DNA of 64,000 nt, taken from contig JBGASG010000007.1 of NCBI GenBank assembly GCA_044229845.1, positions 32,001-96,000 of the forward strand. Reading direction: 5' to 3'. This DNA comes from Candidatus Obscuribacteraceae bacterium (GTDB taxonomy: Bacteria > Cyanobacteriota > Vampirovibrionia > Obscuribacterales > Obscuribacteraceae). The position numbers and the translations under genes are program-made. Every line of letters starts with the position of its first letter. Position 1 is the stretch's first letter. Under the pieces are notes generated by a model. The model saw nothing but the letters and a program-made list of their open reading frames with translations, did no database searches and had not been told where the DNA came from. This document shows positions 48,730 to 57,011 of this stretch, piece by piece.

Positions 48730-49566
48730 TTAATTGTCCCGGTTTCGAGCTGAGAAGCGCAGTTTGCTGGCTTCCGCGTACGCGCGCATCTCGCGGACAA
48801 GCCCTTCGATAGTGTGTTGGCGCGCGATTATGTCCACGTGCGGGAGGAGCTTTCTGCCGGTATGAGCTGTCTCCGGACCAATTACGGCATATAACGGGCC
48901 CTTCATAAGCCGCTCGGGATCCGGTGATACTGATGAGATCAAAGTCGAAAAGTTACGCACCGCCTGGCTGCTGGCGAAGGTGACGATGTCGACGCCTTTG
49001 AACTCCAGTAACGCGCGCAACTCTTGCGCCAGGTTTTCAGAATTGTGCGGCAGGTTGGTTGTGTAGCATATGACGCGCTCAACGTGAGCGCCCGCAGCGG
49101 TGAGGCGATCAGCTATGTAAGGTCTGCCGATGTCGGTTTTCGGCCAGAGAAAGCGCACACCGCGTACATGCTTCGGAAATCCTGGGAATTGTTCGATAAA
49201 AGCTTCGGCGACGAACGAATCGGGACAGAAATCGATCTCCAGTCCCCGCTCTTTGGCTGCCGCCGCAGTCGCGGAGCCGATTACAGCCACTCTGGTGCGT
49301 CCCCAGTCGAGCTTGAAATTTAGCTCATCGGCGCGTTCGAAGAAGGAGTTGACGGCGTTGGTGCTGGCAAAAATAATCCAGTCGAAGCCGGACAACTGCC
49401 TGACTGCATCATCGAGTGGCTGAAAGTCCTCGGGTGGTCCGATTTCGATCAATGGCTTGTTGATTGGTATGGCTTGTTCTTGACTCAGTAAAGTACTGAG
49501 GGCCTGCACCTGATCTAGCGGGCGTGTCACCAGCACGCGACAGTTAGCCAGCGGCGCGGCGCTCAT
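48730..49566 (-). CDS. hemD: Uroporphyrinogen-III synthase
   Basis: VLVTRP, FAS.NAV, VIG.AT, TFASSQAV and IGPET; operon context. Confidence 0.9.
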   Translation of the reverse strand: MSAAPLANCRVLVTRPLDQVQALSTLLSQEQAIPINKPLIEIGPPEDFQPLDDAVRQLSGFDWIIFASTNAVNSFFERADELNFKLDWGRTRVAVIGSATAAAAKERGLEIDFCPDSFVAEAFIEQFPGFPKHVRGVRFLWPKTDIGRPYIADRLTAAGAHVERVICYTTNLPHNSENLAQELRALLEFKGVDIVTFASSQAVRNFSTLISSVSPDPERLMKGPLYAVIGPETAHTGRKLLPHVDIIARQHTIEGLVREMRAYAEASKLRFSARNRDN

Positions 49567-50528
49567 GGCGGCGGCACCGCCTGTGGTGCGGAGCTGAGCA
49601 GGTTTTGCAATATGCGATCGCCGCCTTTGTCCAGCATCTCAGCCGCCAGTTGTCGTCCAGCGCTTTCAGCGTCGGTTTGTGCGGCCTCCAGCTGCGAGCG
49701 GACCGAAACTTTCCCGTCCAGGCTGGCGATGCAGGCTGTCAGTTTCAGACGTCCCGTCGCCACGGCTTCGGCGATGGCGCCCACCGGCACGGAACAACCG
49801 CCGCCGATTTCGTTGAGAAATGCGCGTTCGGCTGTGATCAGCGCGGTTATCTCGCCGTCTGAGACTTCAGTCAACAGCTCGGCAGTGGCACTATCGTCAC
49901 CGCGGCATTCCAAACCGAGCACGCCCTGTCCGACTGCAGGCGTCAGTTGATCGAAAGCGAAGTATTCACTAATGCGTGCCTCTTCACCGAGGCGAATCAA
50001 CCCGGCCGCAGCCAGCACCATAGCGTCCGCGATGCCCTCATCGAGTTTGCGCAGGCGCGTTGGGATATTGCCGCGCACATCGATGAACTGCAGGTCCGAG
50101 CGAATAGCGAGAATCTGGGCGGCACGGCGGCGACTGGATGATGCGATGACGCTGCCGCGCGGCAGATCGCCAAGTTTGCCATGCTGTGGAGAAACCAGAA
50201 CATCGCGCGGATCTTCGCGGCCAATTACAGCCGCCAGGAGCAATCCGGCAGGCATGGCGGTCGGCAGGTCTTTGAGACTGTGCACCACGAAGTCGACTTC
50301 GTTGTTTAACAGTGCCTCTTCCAGTTCTTTGACGAAGACACCGCGATCGCCCAGCTCGGCGATCGGCTTATTCTGTATTTTGTCGCCGTGCGTCTTGATC
50401 GCTACGATCTCGATTTCGATATCCGGATGAATGGAGGTAATCGCACCAATGGCGATATCAGTTTGCAGGCGGGCCAGCTGGCTCTCGCGCGTGCCGACAA
50501 CATATTTCTGTTTGCGGCGACCGCTCAT
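49563..50528 (-). CDS. hemC: Hydroxymethylbilane synthase
   Basis: GTRESQLA, FVKELE, VHSLKD, RGN..TRL.KL and GGGCSVP. Confidence 0.95.
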   Translation of the reverse strand: MSGRRKQKYVVGTRESQLARLQTDIAIGAITSIHPDIEIEIVAIKTHGDKIQNKPIAELGDRGVFVKELEEALLNNEVDFVVHSLKDLPTAMPAGLLLAAVIGREDPRDVLVSPQHGKLGDLPRGSVIASSSRRRAAQILAIRSDLQFIDVRGNIPTRLRKLDEGIADAMVLAAAGLIRLGEEARISEYFAFDQLTPAVGQGVLGLECRGDDSATAELLTEVSDGEITALITAERAFLNEIGGGCSVPVGAIAEAVATGRLKLTACIASLDGKVSVRSQLEAAQTDAESAGRQLAAEMLDKGGDRILQNLLSSAPQAVPPP

Positions 50529-51919
50529 CTTCCGTGAAAGGTGACAGGGCAGCCGGAGGGCTTCTCGTCGCCTTTGGTTTCCTTGGTCAAAGTGGTAGTA
50601 GCGAACACATCCAGCTCGAAAAGCGCTTGCAAGGCTTCTGCTTGCTGCTTGAGGGTCTGGTAGTTGCGCGCCGACTTCAGTTGCACCGTTGGATGATGCA
50701 AAATTTGATTGACGATGGCGCGGCTGATCTGTTCGAGTTTGCGGGCTTCGTCTTCCGGCTGCTGCAACGTCAGAGAAGACTTGATGTGTTCGACGCGAAT
50801 CGATTCGATCTTGCGACGCAAGCGGGCAATCGTCGGCGCCACCAGTACGGAGCGCTGCCAGGCATGAAACTCATTCAGCGACTGGAAGACAATCTTCTCT
50901 GCCTCGGCAATCAGAGCTTCGCGTTCGGCAAGATTGGTGTTGACGATGTCGAACAGGTGATCGGAGTGGAAGAGACTGACACCGGGTATGGTGCCAATTG
51001 CCGGGTCGACGTTGCGCGGCACGGAGATGTCCACCACGACCAGTGACTTGCCCTCTGGCACTTTCAGCTGATCTTTCTCGAGAACGAATTCCGGGGCGCT
51101 GGTCGAGACGATGACCAGGTCGGCTGACGCCGCCAGCTGATGGCGATCTTCAAAGGACATCCGGGACTGGAAGCGGTGTGTGTTGGGCAATTTGGTCTGG
51201 GCAAACTGCTCGACCCGTTCGGCACCGCGGTTGACCATAATCACAGGTGACTGTCCCGAGTCGTTGAGAATTAGTTTGGCGCAGATCTTAGCCATGCGCC
51301 CGGCGCCGACGATCAGCGTCGTTCTCTGTCCGAGCTTGCCGAGTTTTTCGCGGGCCAGTTCGACCGCGGCGGAAGAGACGGAGACGGCGCGCCGCCCCAT
51401 GGCGGTTTCCGTGCGCACTCGTTTGCCGGTTTCCAGCGCCAGCTTGAACAGCTGGTCCAGCATCGGACCGCTCGTGCCGGCTTCCAGGGCAGCCTTGTAT
51501 GCTGACTTCACCTGCGACATTATCTGTCCTTCACCGAGGACCATGCTGTCGAGTCCGGCGGCAACCCGAAACAGATGCAGGGCTACGTCTTCGCGCAGCA
51601 GTTTGAAGTTGGGCTTGAGGGCGGCGTGGTCTGCAATAGTTTGCACAGACAGGAAAAACGACTCAATCTGCTGGATACCGGCATGCAGGTCCGAGACGAC
51701 TGCGTAGACCTCGGTGCGGTTGCAAGTAGATAGAACTGCGGCTTCCTTGATGTGCGGAAGTCTGGCCAGGGCGTGCAGGGCGTGCGCCAGGCAATAGTCA
51801 GGAATGATGAATCGCTCGCGGATGGCAATCGGCGAGGAATGGTAATTGAGACCTATAACCACCAGATGGCTCGTCGCTGTCGCATCCGGTGTGGTTGCTG
51901 AAGTCACAAGGGTTCCCAT
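50525..51919 (-). CDS. hemA: Glutamyl-tRNA reductase
   Basis: STCNRTE, GLDSMVLGEGQI, GAGRMA and DISVPRNVD. Confidence 0.95.
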   Translation of the reverse strand: MGTLVTSATTPDATATSHLVVIGLNYHSSPIAIRERFIIPDYCLAHALHALARLPHIKEAAVLSTCNRTEVYAVVSDLHAGIQQIESFFLSVQTIADHAALKPNFKLLREDVALHLFRVAAGLDSMVLGEGQIMSQVKSAYKAALEAGTSGPMLDQLFKLALETGKRVRTETAMGRRAVSVSSAAVELAREKLGKLGQRTTLIVGAGRMAKICAKLILNDSGQSPVIMVNRGAERVEQFAQTKLPNTHRFQSRMSFEDRHQLAASADLVIVSTSAPEFVLEKDQLKVPEGKSLVVVDISVPRNVDPAIGTIPGVSLFHSDHLFDIVNTNLAEREALIAEAEKIVFQSLNEFHAWQRSVLVAPTIARLRRKIESIRVEHIKSSLTLQQPEDEARKLEQISRAIVNQILHHPTVQLKSARNYQTLKQQAEALQALFELDVFATTTLTKETKGDEKPSGCPVTFHGR

Positions 51920-52054
51920 TTCTGTTCTGTAAGATGACGAAATTATATAAGTCTGGAGCTGACGATCATGGTGCTTTCGTTCATTGCGTAAACATTCCGC
52001 AATCGCTAAATCTCCCAGTACATCAGCCTCTGAGCCAGAAGTCGACCCGAGCAG

Positions 52055-52972
52055 TCAATGTGAAGCTTTTCCAATACTTCCGCCTACCGTCGACGCATGC
52101 GATTGTTGATGCCACCCGTCGACCGCGGCACGACACTGCGGATGGATGCGGCTGGCCAGCCAGTACAGTCCATCGATGACTCGCAAAGTCGGGCGCGAAA
52201 GTCCATCGGCGTCAGGCTTGGGCAGGAAGTAATACCGTTTCTCGCGCATAGCCTTTAGCGAAGTCCAGGGTGCTGCTTTCCAGAAAGTCTGTGTCTGGGC
52301 TTCGTACGGAAAGATGATGACGTCCGGCGCCGACAACAAGAGGCGCTCTTGCGAGATGTGCGGGTAGCTGGTCGACATGTCTGCCGCTACGTTAATGCCA
52401 CCAGATGTGGTGATGCAGTCGTTGACGAAACTTTGAGCGCCTACGGTCATGAGAGGCTTCGGCCAGGCAACGAACAGAACGCGGGGTCGAGGCTGACCTT
52501 TTAAGATGGCGCGCAGCTTTTGCACAGCCGTTTCAAATTCCGACGCCAGTTCTTTAGCCCGCCCTGCACGCCCGGTCATGCTGCCGAGCGTCAGCAGGTT
52601 TTGCGGTATTTCCTCGATGTGCAGGTTCTTCAGCAGGCGCGTTTTGAAGTGATGTTTCTTCAACAAACCATCCATGGTCTCCTGCCCGTTCACAAGCAGC
52701 ACCACATCCGGTTTTACTTGCATCAGCCGCTCGACATTGGGAGCTACGAAATCTCCGACGATTGTCTTGTTTTTCACCGACGGCGGATAGTCGCAAAACT
52801 TCGACCGCCCGACCAGGTTGTCTTCGGCCCCTAGTGAATATATGAGCTCAGTATTGGACGGTGCCAGAGAAACAATTCTCTCGCCGGACGCGCGGGCACT
52901 GCCGGCACTGAATATGGTGCAGAAGACCAGTATGAGACCGGAGAACGAATTGCACCCTATTCGGCGAGCCAA
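52055..52972 (-). CDS. BtuF-like helical-backbone periplasmic binding protein (cobalamin, heme or siderophore)
   Basis: Signal peptide, RIVSLAPSNTE, CDYP and RP..R. Confidence 0.85.
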   Translation of the reverse strand: MARRIGCNSFSGLILVFCTIFSAGSARASGERIVSLAPSNTELIYSLGAEDNLVGRSKFCDYPPSVKNKTIVGDFVAPNVERLMQVKPDVVLLVNGQETMDGLLKKHHFKTRLLKNLHIEEIPQNLLTLGSMTGRAGRAKELASEFETAVQKLRAILKGQPRPRVLFVAWPKPLMTVGAQSFVNDCITTSGGINVAADMSTSYPHISQERLLLSAPDVIIFPYEAQTQTFWKAAPWTSLKAMREKRYYFLPKPDADGLSRPTLRVIDGLYWLASRIHPQCRAAVDGWHQQSHASTVGGSIGKASH

Positions 52973-53511
52973 TCAGCAACCTCTCTCACGCGTTGTTCGA
53001 AGTCTGCTGATTGTACCGTGTATGTGCGAGCGAGAAGATTCCAGTCGAACAAGGTGGTGAGTACGATACGGTTGATCTGCTTGATGTAGTCGGCGTCGGT
53101 CCAGCGGAATTCGTCCTCGGCAATCGCGAACAGCGGCGGCACGTAGATGATATGCGAATAGCTTTCAGCCTGGGCGCGGGCTCGCTCGTAGTAGCTCTCC
53201 GTGTCGTAGGTCATGGCGGTGCAGATGTTCCAGCGTTGCCAGAGCACCCAGCAATCAATAGCAGACCTGTCCGCGATGAACTCGGACAGGTCTGATTCGT
53301 GTTTGATTTGTGCTTCCAGAACTTCGCGCTTGAAGTTTTCTTGTTCGCCTTCCGGAATGTCGCCGATGCGCTGGAAGCCTTTAGCAAGACAAAGTTGGCG
53401 ACCGATTTCGGGGATAAAAGGAAGTCCCAACCTTTGCGCTAGCTCTTTGGCGAGAGTCGTCTTGCCAACGCCGCTTGCTCCGGTCAGGACTATTTTCCTT
53501 TTATGATCCAC
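52957..53511 (-). CDS. AAA_28 (NadR/Ttd14-like) P-loop kinase or ATPase
   Basis: GASGVGKTTLA, IPE.GR and ADRS.ID. Confidence 0.8.
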   Translation of the reverse strand: MDHKRKIVLTGASGVGKTTLAKELAQRLGLPFIPEIGRQLCLAKGFQRIGDIPEGEQENFKREVLEAQIKHESDLSEFIADRSAIDCWVLWQRWNICTAMTYDTESYYERARAQAESYSHIIYVPPLFAIAEDEFRWTDADYIKQINRIVLTTLFDWNLLARTYTVQSADFEQRVREVADWLAE

Positions 53512-53514
53512 TGA

Positions 53515-55095
53515 TTATGCGAGAGGTTGCTTTGGTGGCGCCGGTGGTGCTGAGGAAGGAGCCTTCGGCGTTTCGGCCAGCACCTTCACATCAGTCGCGG
53601 CACCATTGTCTCCTCTTTTGAACGACGACGTCAAATCGATGCCGGTCAGGCCCTTGACCAGGGTCAAGCCTTGGGCTGCGATGCTCAGTACGTCGCCGGT
53701 GATTTTGCTGGCACCACCTTCGCCACCGGTAGACAACACGGTCATGTTGCCAACCTTGGAGAGAGGCGAGGCGGCAGCGGCCACCAGTTCGGGCAGTTTG
53801 TCGATGATCATGCTGGCCATGGCGGCATCGTTGTACAGGCGATAAGCTTCCGCTTTCTTGGACATGGCGATCGCTTCTGCATCCCCGCGAGCGGCGATAA
53901 CAGCGGCTTCGGCAAGACCCTTGGCTTTGGCGGCTTCCGCTTGTGCGATACCGGTGGCCTTGATGGCGTCGGCTTCAGCGGCTGCACGTGCACGTGTAGC
54001 TTCCGCTTCACCTATGGCTCTCAGTCTAGCTGCTTCGGCATCAGCCTGTGCGAGCAGCTTGCGTTTTTCTTGTTCGGCAACGGCCAGAATGCGAATCTGG
54101 GTTTGTTGCGCTTCCGCAGGTTTCTGGATTTCAGCTTCCAGTTCTACCTGGCGCTTTTGCACTTCGACTGCTTGCAGTTCGACAGACTTCTGCATCTCAA
54201 TGATGCGGATCTTCTGAGTCTCTTCAACCAGCTTCTGTTGGGTCTGCGCTTTGACGATGTCGTATGCCAGGTCGCTGGCTGCTTTCTTTTGCGAGACTTC
54301 AGCCTGGAACTGTGCTTGTTTGACTTGAAACTCTTTCTGAGCTTCGGCAACTTGCGCATCAGCTTGCAACTTGGCTTTGGCGCCATCTTGAGCGGCAACG
54401 GCTTTACGGATCGCTGCATCTCTTTCGGCGTCGGCGGCGGCAATTTGCGTGTCGCGGCTGGCGTTGGCTACACCGATGTCGGCTTCGCGTTTGGCTTCAG
54501 CTGTACGTTTGCGACCGAGTGCCTCCAGGTATCCCACGTTGTCTTTGATGTCTTTGATCGTGAATGAAACAACAGTGAGACCCATTTTTCTCAAGTCGCC
54601 GATCGAGACTTCTTGCACTTTCTGAGCGAACGCTTCGAAGTTTTGATAGAGTTCTTCTACTTCTAAGTTGCCGAGGATGGCGCGTAAGTGACCAACGAGA
54701 GTTTCGTGCGCGATGCTGGCGATTTCTTCGTCTGACTTGCCGAGAAACTGTTCTGCTGCGGTCGCGATTGATTCATCATCACCGCGAATTTTCACTTGCG
54801 CAACGCCTTCCACAAATACCGGGACACCAGATTTGGTGATAATCGGTGATTGCGAACGCACGTCGATTGGCATTACTTCCAAGCTGAGAAACGCGCGCTG
54901 CTGGATGACGGGCACCACCACGTCACCGCCGCCTTTGACGATTTTGAATTGATGCTCGCCTTTCTGGCAGCCCATTCCAGAGATGATCATGGCCTGGTTA
55001 GGCCCGCATTTCTGATAAAAGCTACCGACGAATGAAGCGAGAAGGACCAGGAACACCACGGCTCCTATGCCCAGTAATATGGCTTCAATGCCCAT
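53515..55095 (-). CDS. Flotillin (SPFH domain plus EA-rich coiled coil)
   Basis: N-terminal TM, SPFH (AAEQFLGK..GHLRAILG), long AEA-rich coiled coil, PLSKV; AGGAG SD. Confidence 0.92.
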   Translation of the reverse strand: MGIEAILLGIGAVVFLVLLASFVGSFYQKCGPNQAMIISGMGCQKGEHQFKIVKGGGDVVVPVIQQRAFLSLEVMPIDVRSQSPIITKSGVPVFVEGVAQVKIRGDDESIATAAEQFLGKSDEEIASIAHETLVGHLRAILGNLEVEELYQNFEAFAQKVQEVSIGDLRKMGLTVVSFTIKDIKDNVGYLEALGRKRTAEAKREADIGVANASRDTQIAAADAERDAAIRKAVAAQDGAKAKLQADAQVAEAQKEFQVKQAQFQAEVSQKKAASDLAYDIVKAQTQQKLVEETQKIRIIEMQKSVELQAVEVQKRQVELEAEIQKPAEAQQTQIRILAVAEQEKRKLLAQADAEAARLRAIGEAEATRARAAAEADAIKATGIAQAEAAKAKGLAEAAVIAARGDAEAIAMSKKAEAYRLYNDAAMASMIIDKLPELVAAAASPLSKVGNMTVLSTGGEGGASKITGDVLSIAAQGLTLVKGLTGIDLTSSFKRGDNGAATDVKVLAETPKAPSSAPPAPPKQPLA

Positions 55096-55244
55096 AATGC
55101 AGTCTCTCCTGTGACTAAATGTCAGCTTCAGTTCCCATGCCCACACAGTGGGTAATTCACACTACTTGAAAACTTGATCACATCATCTACCGAAACGTCC
55201 TCCGCAGCCTCAGCTATAACTATCTATTCGCAATTACTTGACAA

Positions 55245-55859
55245 CTAAAGAATTTCTGAACGCGCGGGACTTTTGACGACTCCGGATGCGCTGACTCCGG
55301 TCTCGTTGGTGACGCTTTGAATTGTGAAAGCTGAGCATGACAATCCCATTGCTGTCAGCTCCGGTTCAGCTTTCTCTTTCACTTTATTGCCAGTGTCCGA
55401 GAAACTGTCGAACAGCGTTTGAGCGTCGCAGGAATGCACCACGTCGCGAAGTTTAGGCAACAGAACTGTCTGCGCCATCTCAGCTACTTCAGCCTCGCTT
55501 TTCGACAGAAGTTGGGTTGCGGCCAGCACCACCCCGACACTGTCGCTGCGCACTCTGACAAGTGCTATCGCCTCAATTATCAGCGGAACTTGATTGCGGG
55601 AGGCGTGCGTCCCGTGGATCTTTACTTTCATCACCTCGAGACTGAGGAAAGAGACCTGTTGAATCACCGGCACGACGACTTCGCCACCGCCGACAATTAT
55701 TTTGAATTGCTGGTCGCCTGATTCGCAGCCCATTCCAGAGATGATCATGGCTTGATTAGGTGGGCACTTGCGATAGAAGCTGGCGACGAACGACGCCATG
55801 ACGAACAAGAACACAAGGGCAATCACAGCCAATAGGACAACTTTGATGTCGAGACTCAT
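55245..55859 (-). CDS. Truncated flotillin paralog (TM plus SPFH only)
   Basis: N-terminal about 70 aa very similar to the downstream flotillin; ends right after the SPFH domain; AGGAG SD. Confidence 0.8.
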   Translation of the reverse strand: MSLDIKVVLLAVIALVFLFVMASFVASFYRKCPPNQAMIISGMGCESGDQQFKIIVGGGEVVVPVIQQVSFLSLEVMKVKIHGTHASRNQVPLIIEAIALVRVRSDSVGVVLAATQLLSKSEAEVAEMAQTVLLPKLRDVVHSCDAQTLFDSFSDTGNKVKEKAEPELTAMGLSCSAFTIQSVTNETGVSASGVVKSPARSEIL

Positions 55860-55973
55860 TTCAATCGCTCCTGCGTCTTCCATTGACGCTTGATTGTTTT
55901 TTGGAAATAGGGTTACGTGACCGCGTCGGAAATGCCGACACGCTCTGTTGTGTGGAAAGCGAGAGTGCCGCGC

Positions 55974-56816
55974 TTATCCGGGAGTTTTTTCCGGCTTTGG
56001 AATGGTTTCGATGGTGGTATCGATTACCTCATCGTTCCAACCCTCGACATAGAACACTCCGTCCTGGACATCGGTGATGATTACTTCGGAGTCTTTTGAA
56101 AGCACCACTCCGGGCTTAGTGCGGGCTGGTGCGGTTTGCCGGCTTTTGCCCACCAGGTAGACGATTTCTCCCAGTTTGCCGGCGGGGATTGAGATGCTTA
56201 CCTGGGCAGTCTTTCCAACAATTTGAGCTTCGCTGAAGTTGCTGCTGACGCGCATCTTGGCGATCGCGAAGTTCATCGCCGATTGCGTGGCTCTCATGCC
56301 CAAATAGCCGAGAGCCAGGGCGGGCAACAGCGCGATCCAGTCAGGCAGATGCAAAATACGTGTGACAAAGACGCCGGTCATCCCGAAATAGAACGAGAAC
56401 ATGGCGATTGTCATCGGGCTGAGGATGCGCAGCAGAAAACTGACGATGTTGGGCGTTTTTTTGGCTTCATAGCCGGCGCTGGAACGCACCGCCTGCGCGC
56501 TGCGCGCCGCGGTCTGCGTGTCCATATCGGGCGAGTCGCCGCCGTCACCGTGTGCGTGCGAACCGCTGTGACCGCCGCTCATATCGGGTGCATCGCCACT
56601 GCTGTGACCACCACTCATGTCGGGCGCGTCACCGGCGCCGCCATCGTGCGCTATATGATGCCCGGCTGTGTGTCCGGTATGCCCCAGTCCGTGGTCACCA
56701 TGACCGTGACCGGCGCCACCGGCGTGTCCAATTTGCCCGGCTAAGAATCCCCAGGCTACGTAACAGAAGCCGATGCCGGTAGAAACGATATAGAGTTCAG
56801 CTAATGTAATTGCCAT
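55974..56816 (-). CDS. NfeD-like (YuaF/YqiJ-type) flotillin partner with a His/Gly/Asp-rich loop
   Basis: TM segment, His-rich loop with GDAPDMSGGH repeats, further TMs, C-terminal OB-fold (VGK.A.V...I....GEI). Confidence 0.82.
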   Translation of the reverse strand: MAITLAELYIVSTGIGFCYVAWGFLAGQIGHAGGAGHGHGDHGLGHTGHTAGHHIAHDGGAGDAPDMSGGHSSGDAPDMSGGHSGSHAHGDGGDSPDMDTQTAARSAQAVRSSAGYEAKKTPNIVSFLLRILSPMTIAMFSFYFGMTGVFVTRILHLPDWIALLPALALGYLGMRATQSAMNFAIAKMRVSSNFSEAQIVGKTAQVSISIPAGKLGEIVYLVGKSRQTAPARTKPGVVLSKDSEVIITDVQDGVFYVEGWNDEVIDTTIETIPKPEKTPG

Positions 56817-57011
56817 TTTTCTTGCTTGGTTCGGCACCGAATTTGGTGCCCGGAAAATGCTCTCCTTCTACCACCACAATTACCCTTTTTAGGCGTTTGA
56901 TAAACGATCGGCGGCGTGGCGGCCGCGTGTTCCGAAGAGCGCATCGCTGTTGCGTTTGGGAACATTATTTGTGATACTGCGATAATAAAGAAAACCTGAC
57001 AGTTGCACGCA

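Noticed and set aside
51920..52054. Possible cobalamin or other riboswitch upstream of hemA and after the BtuF-like gene
   Set aside because: No B12-box or other recognisable aptamer sequence found by eye.
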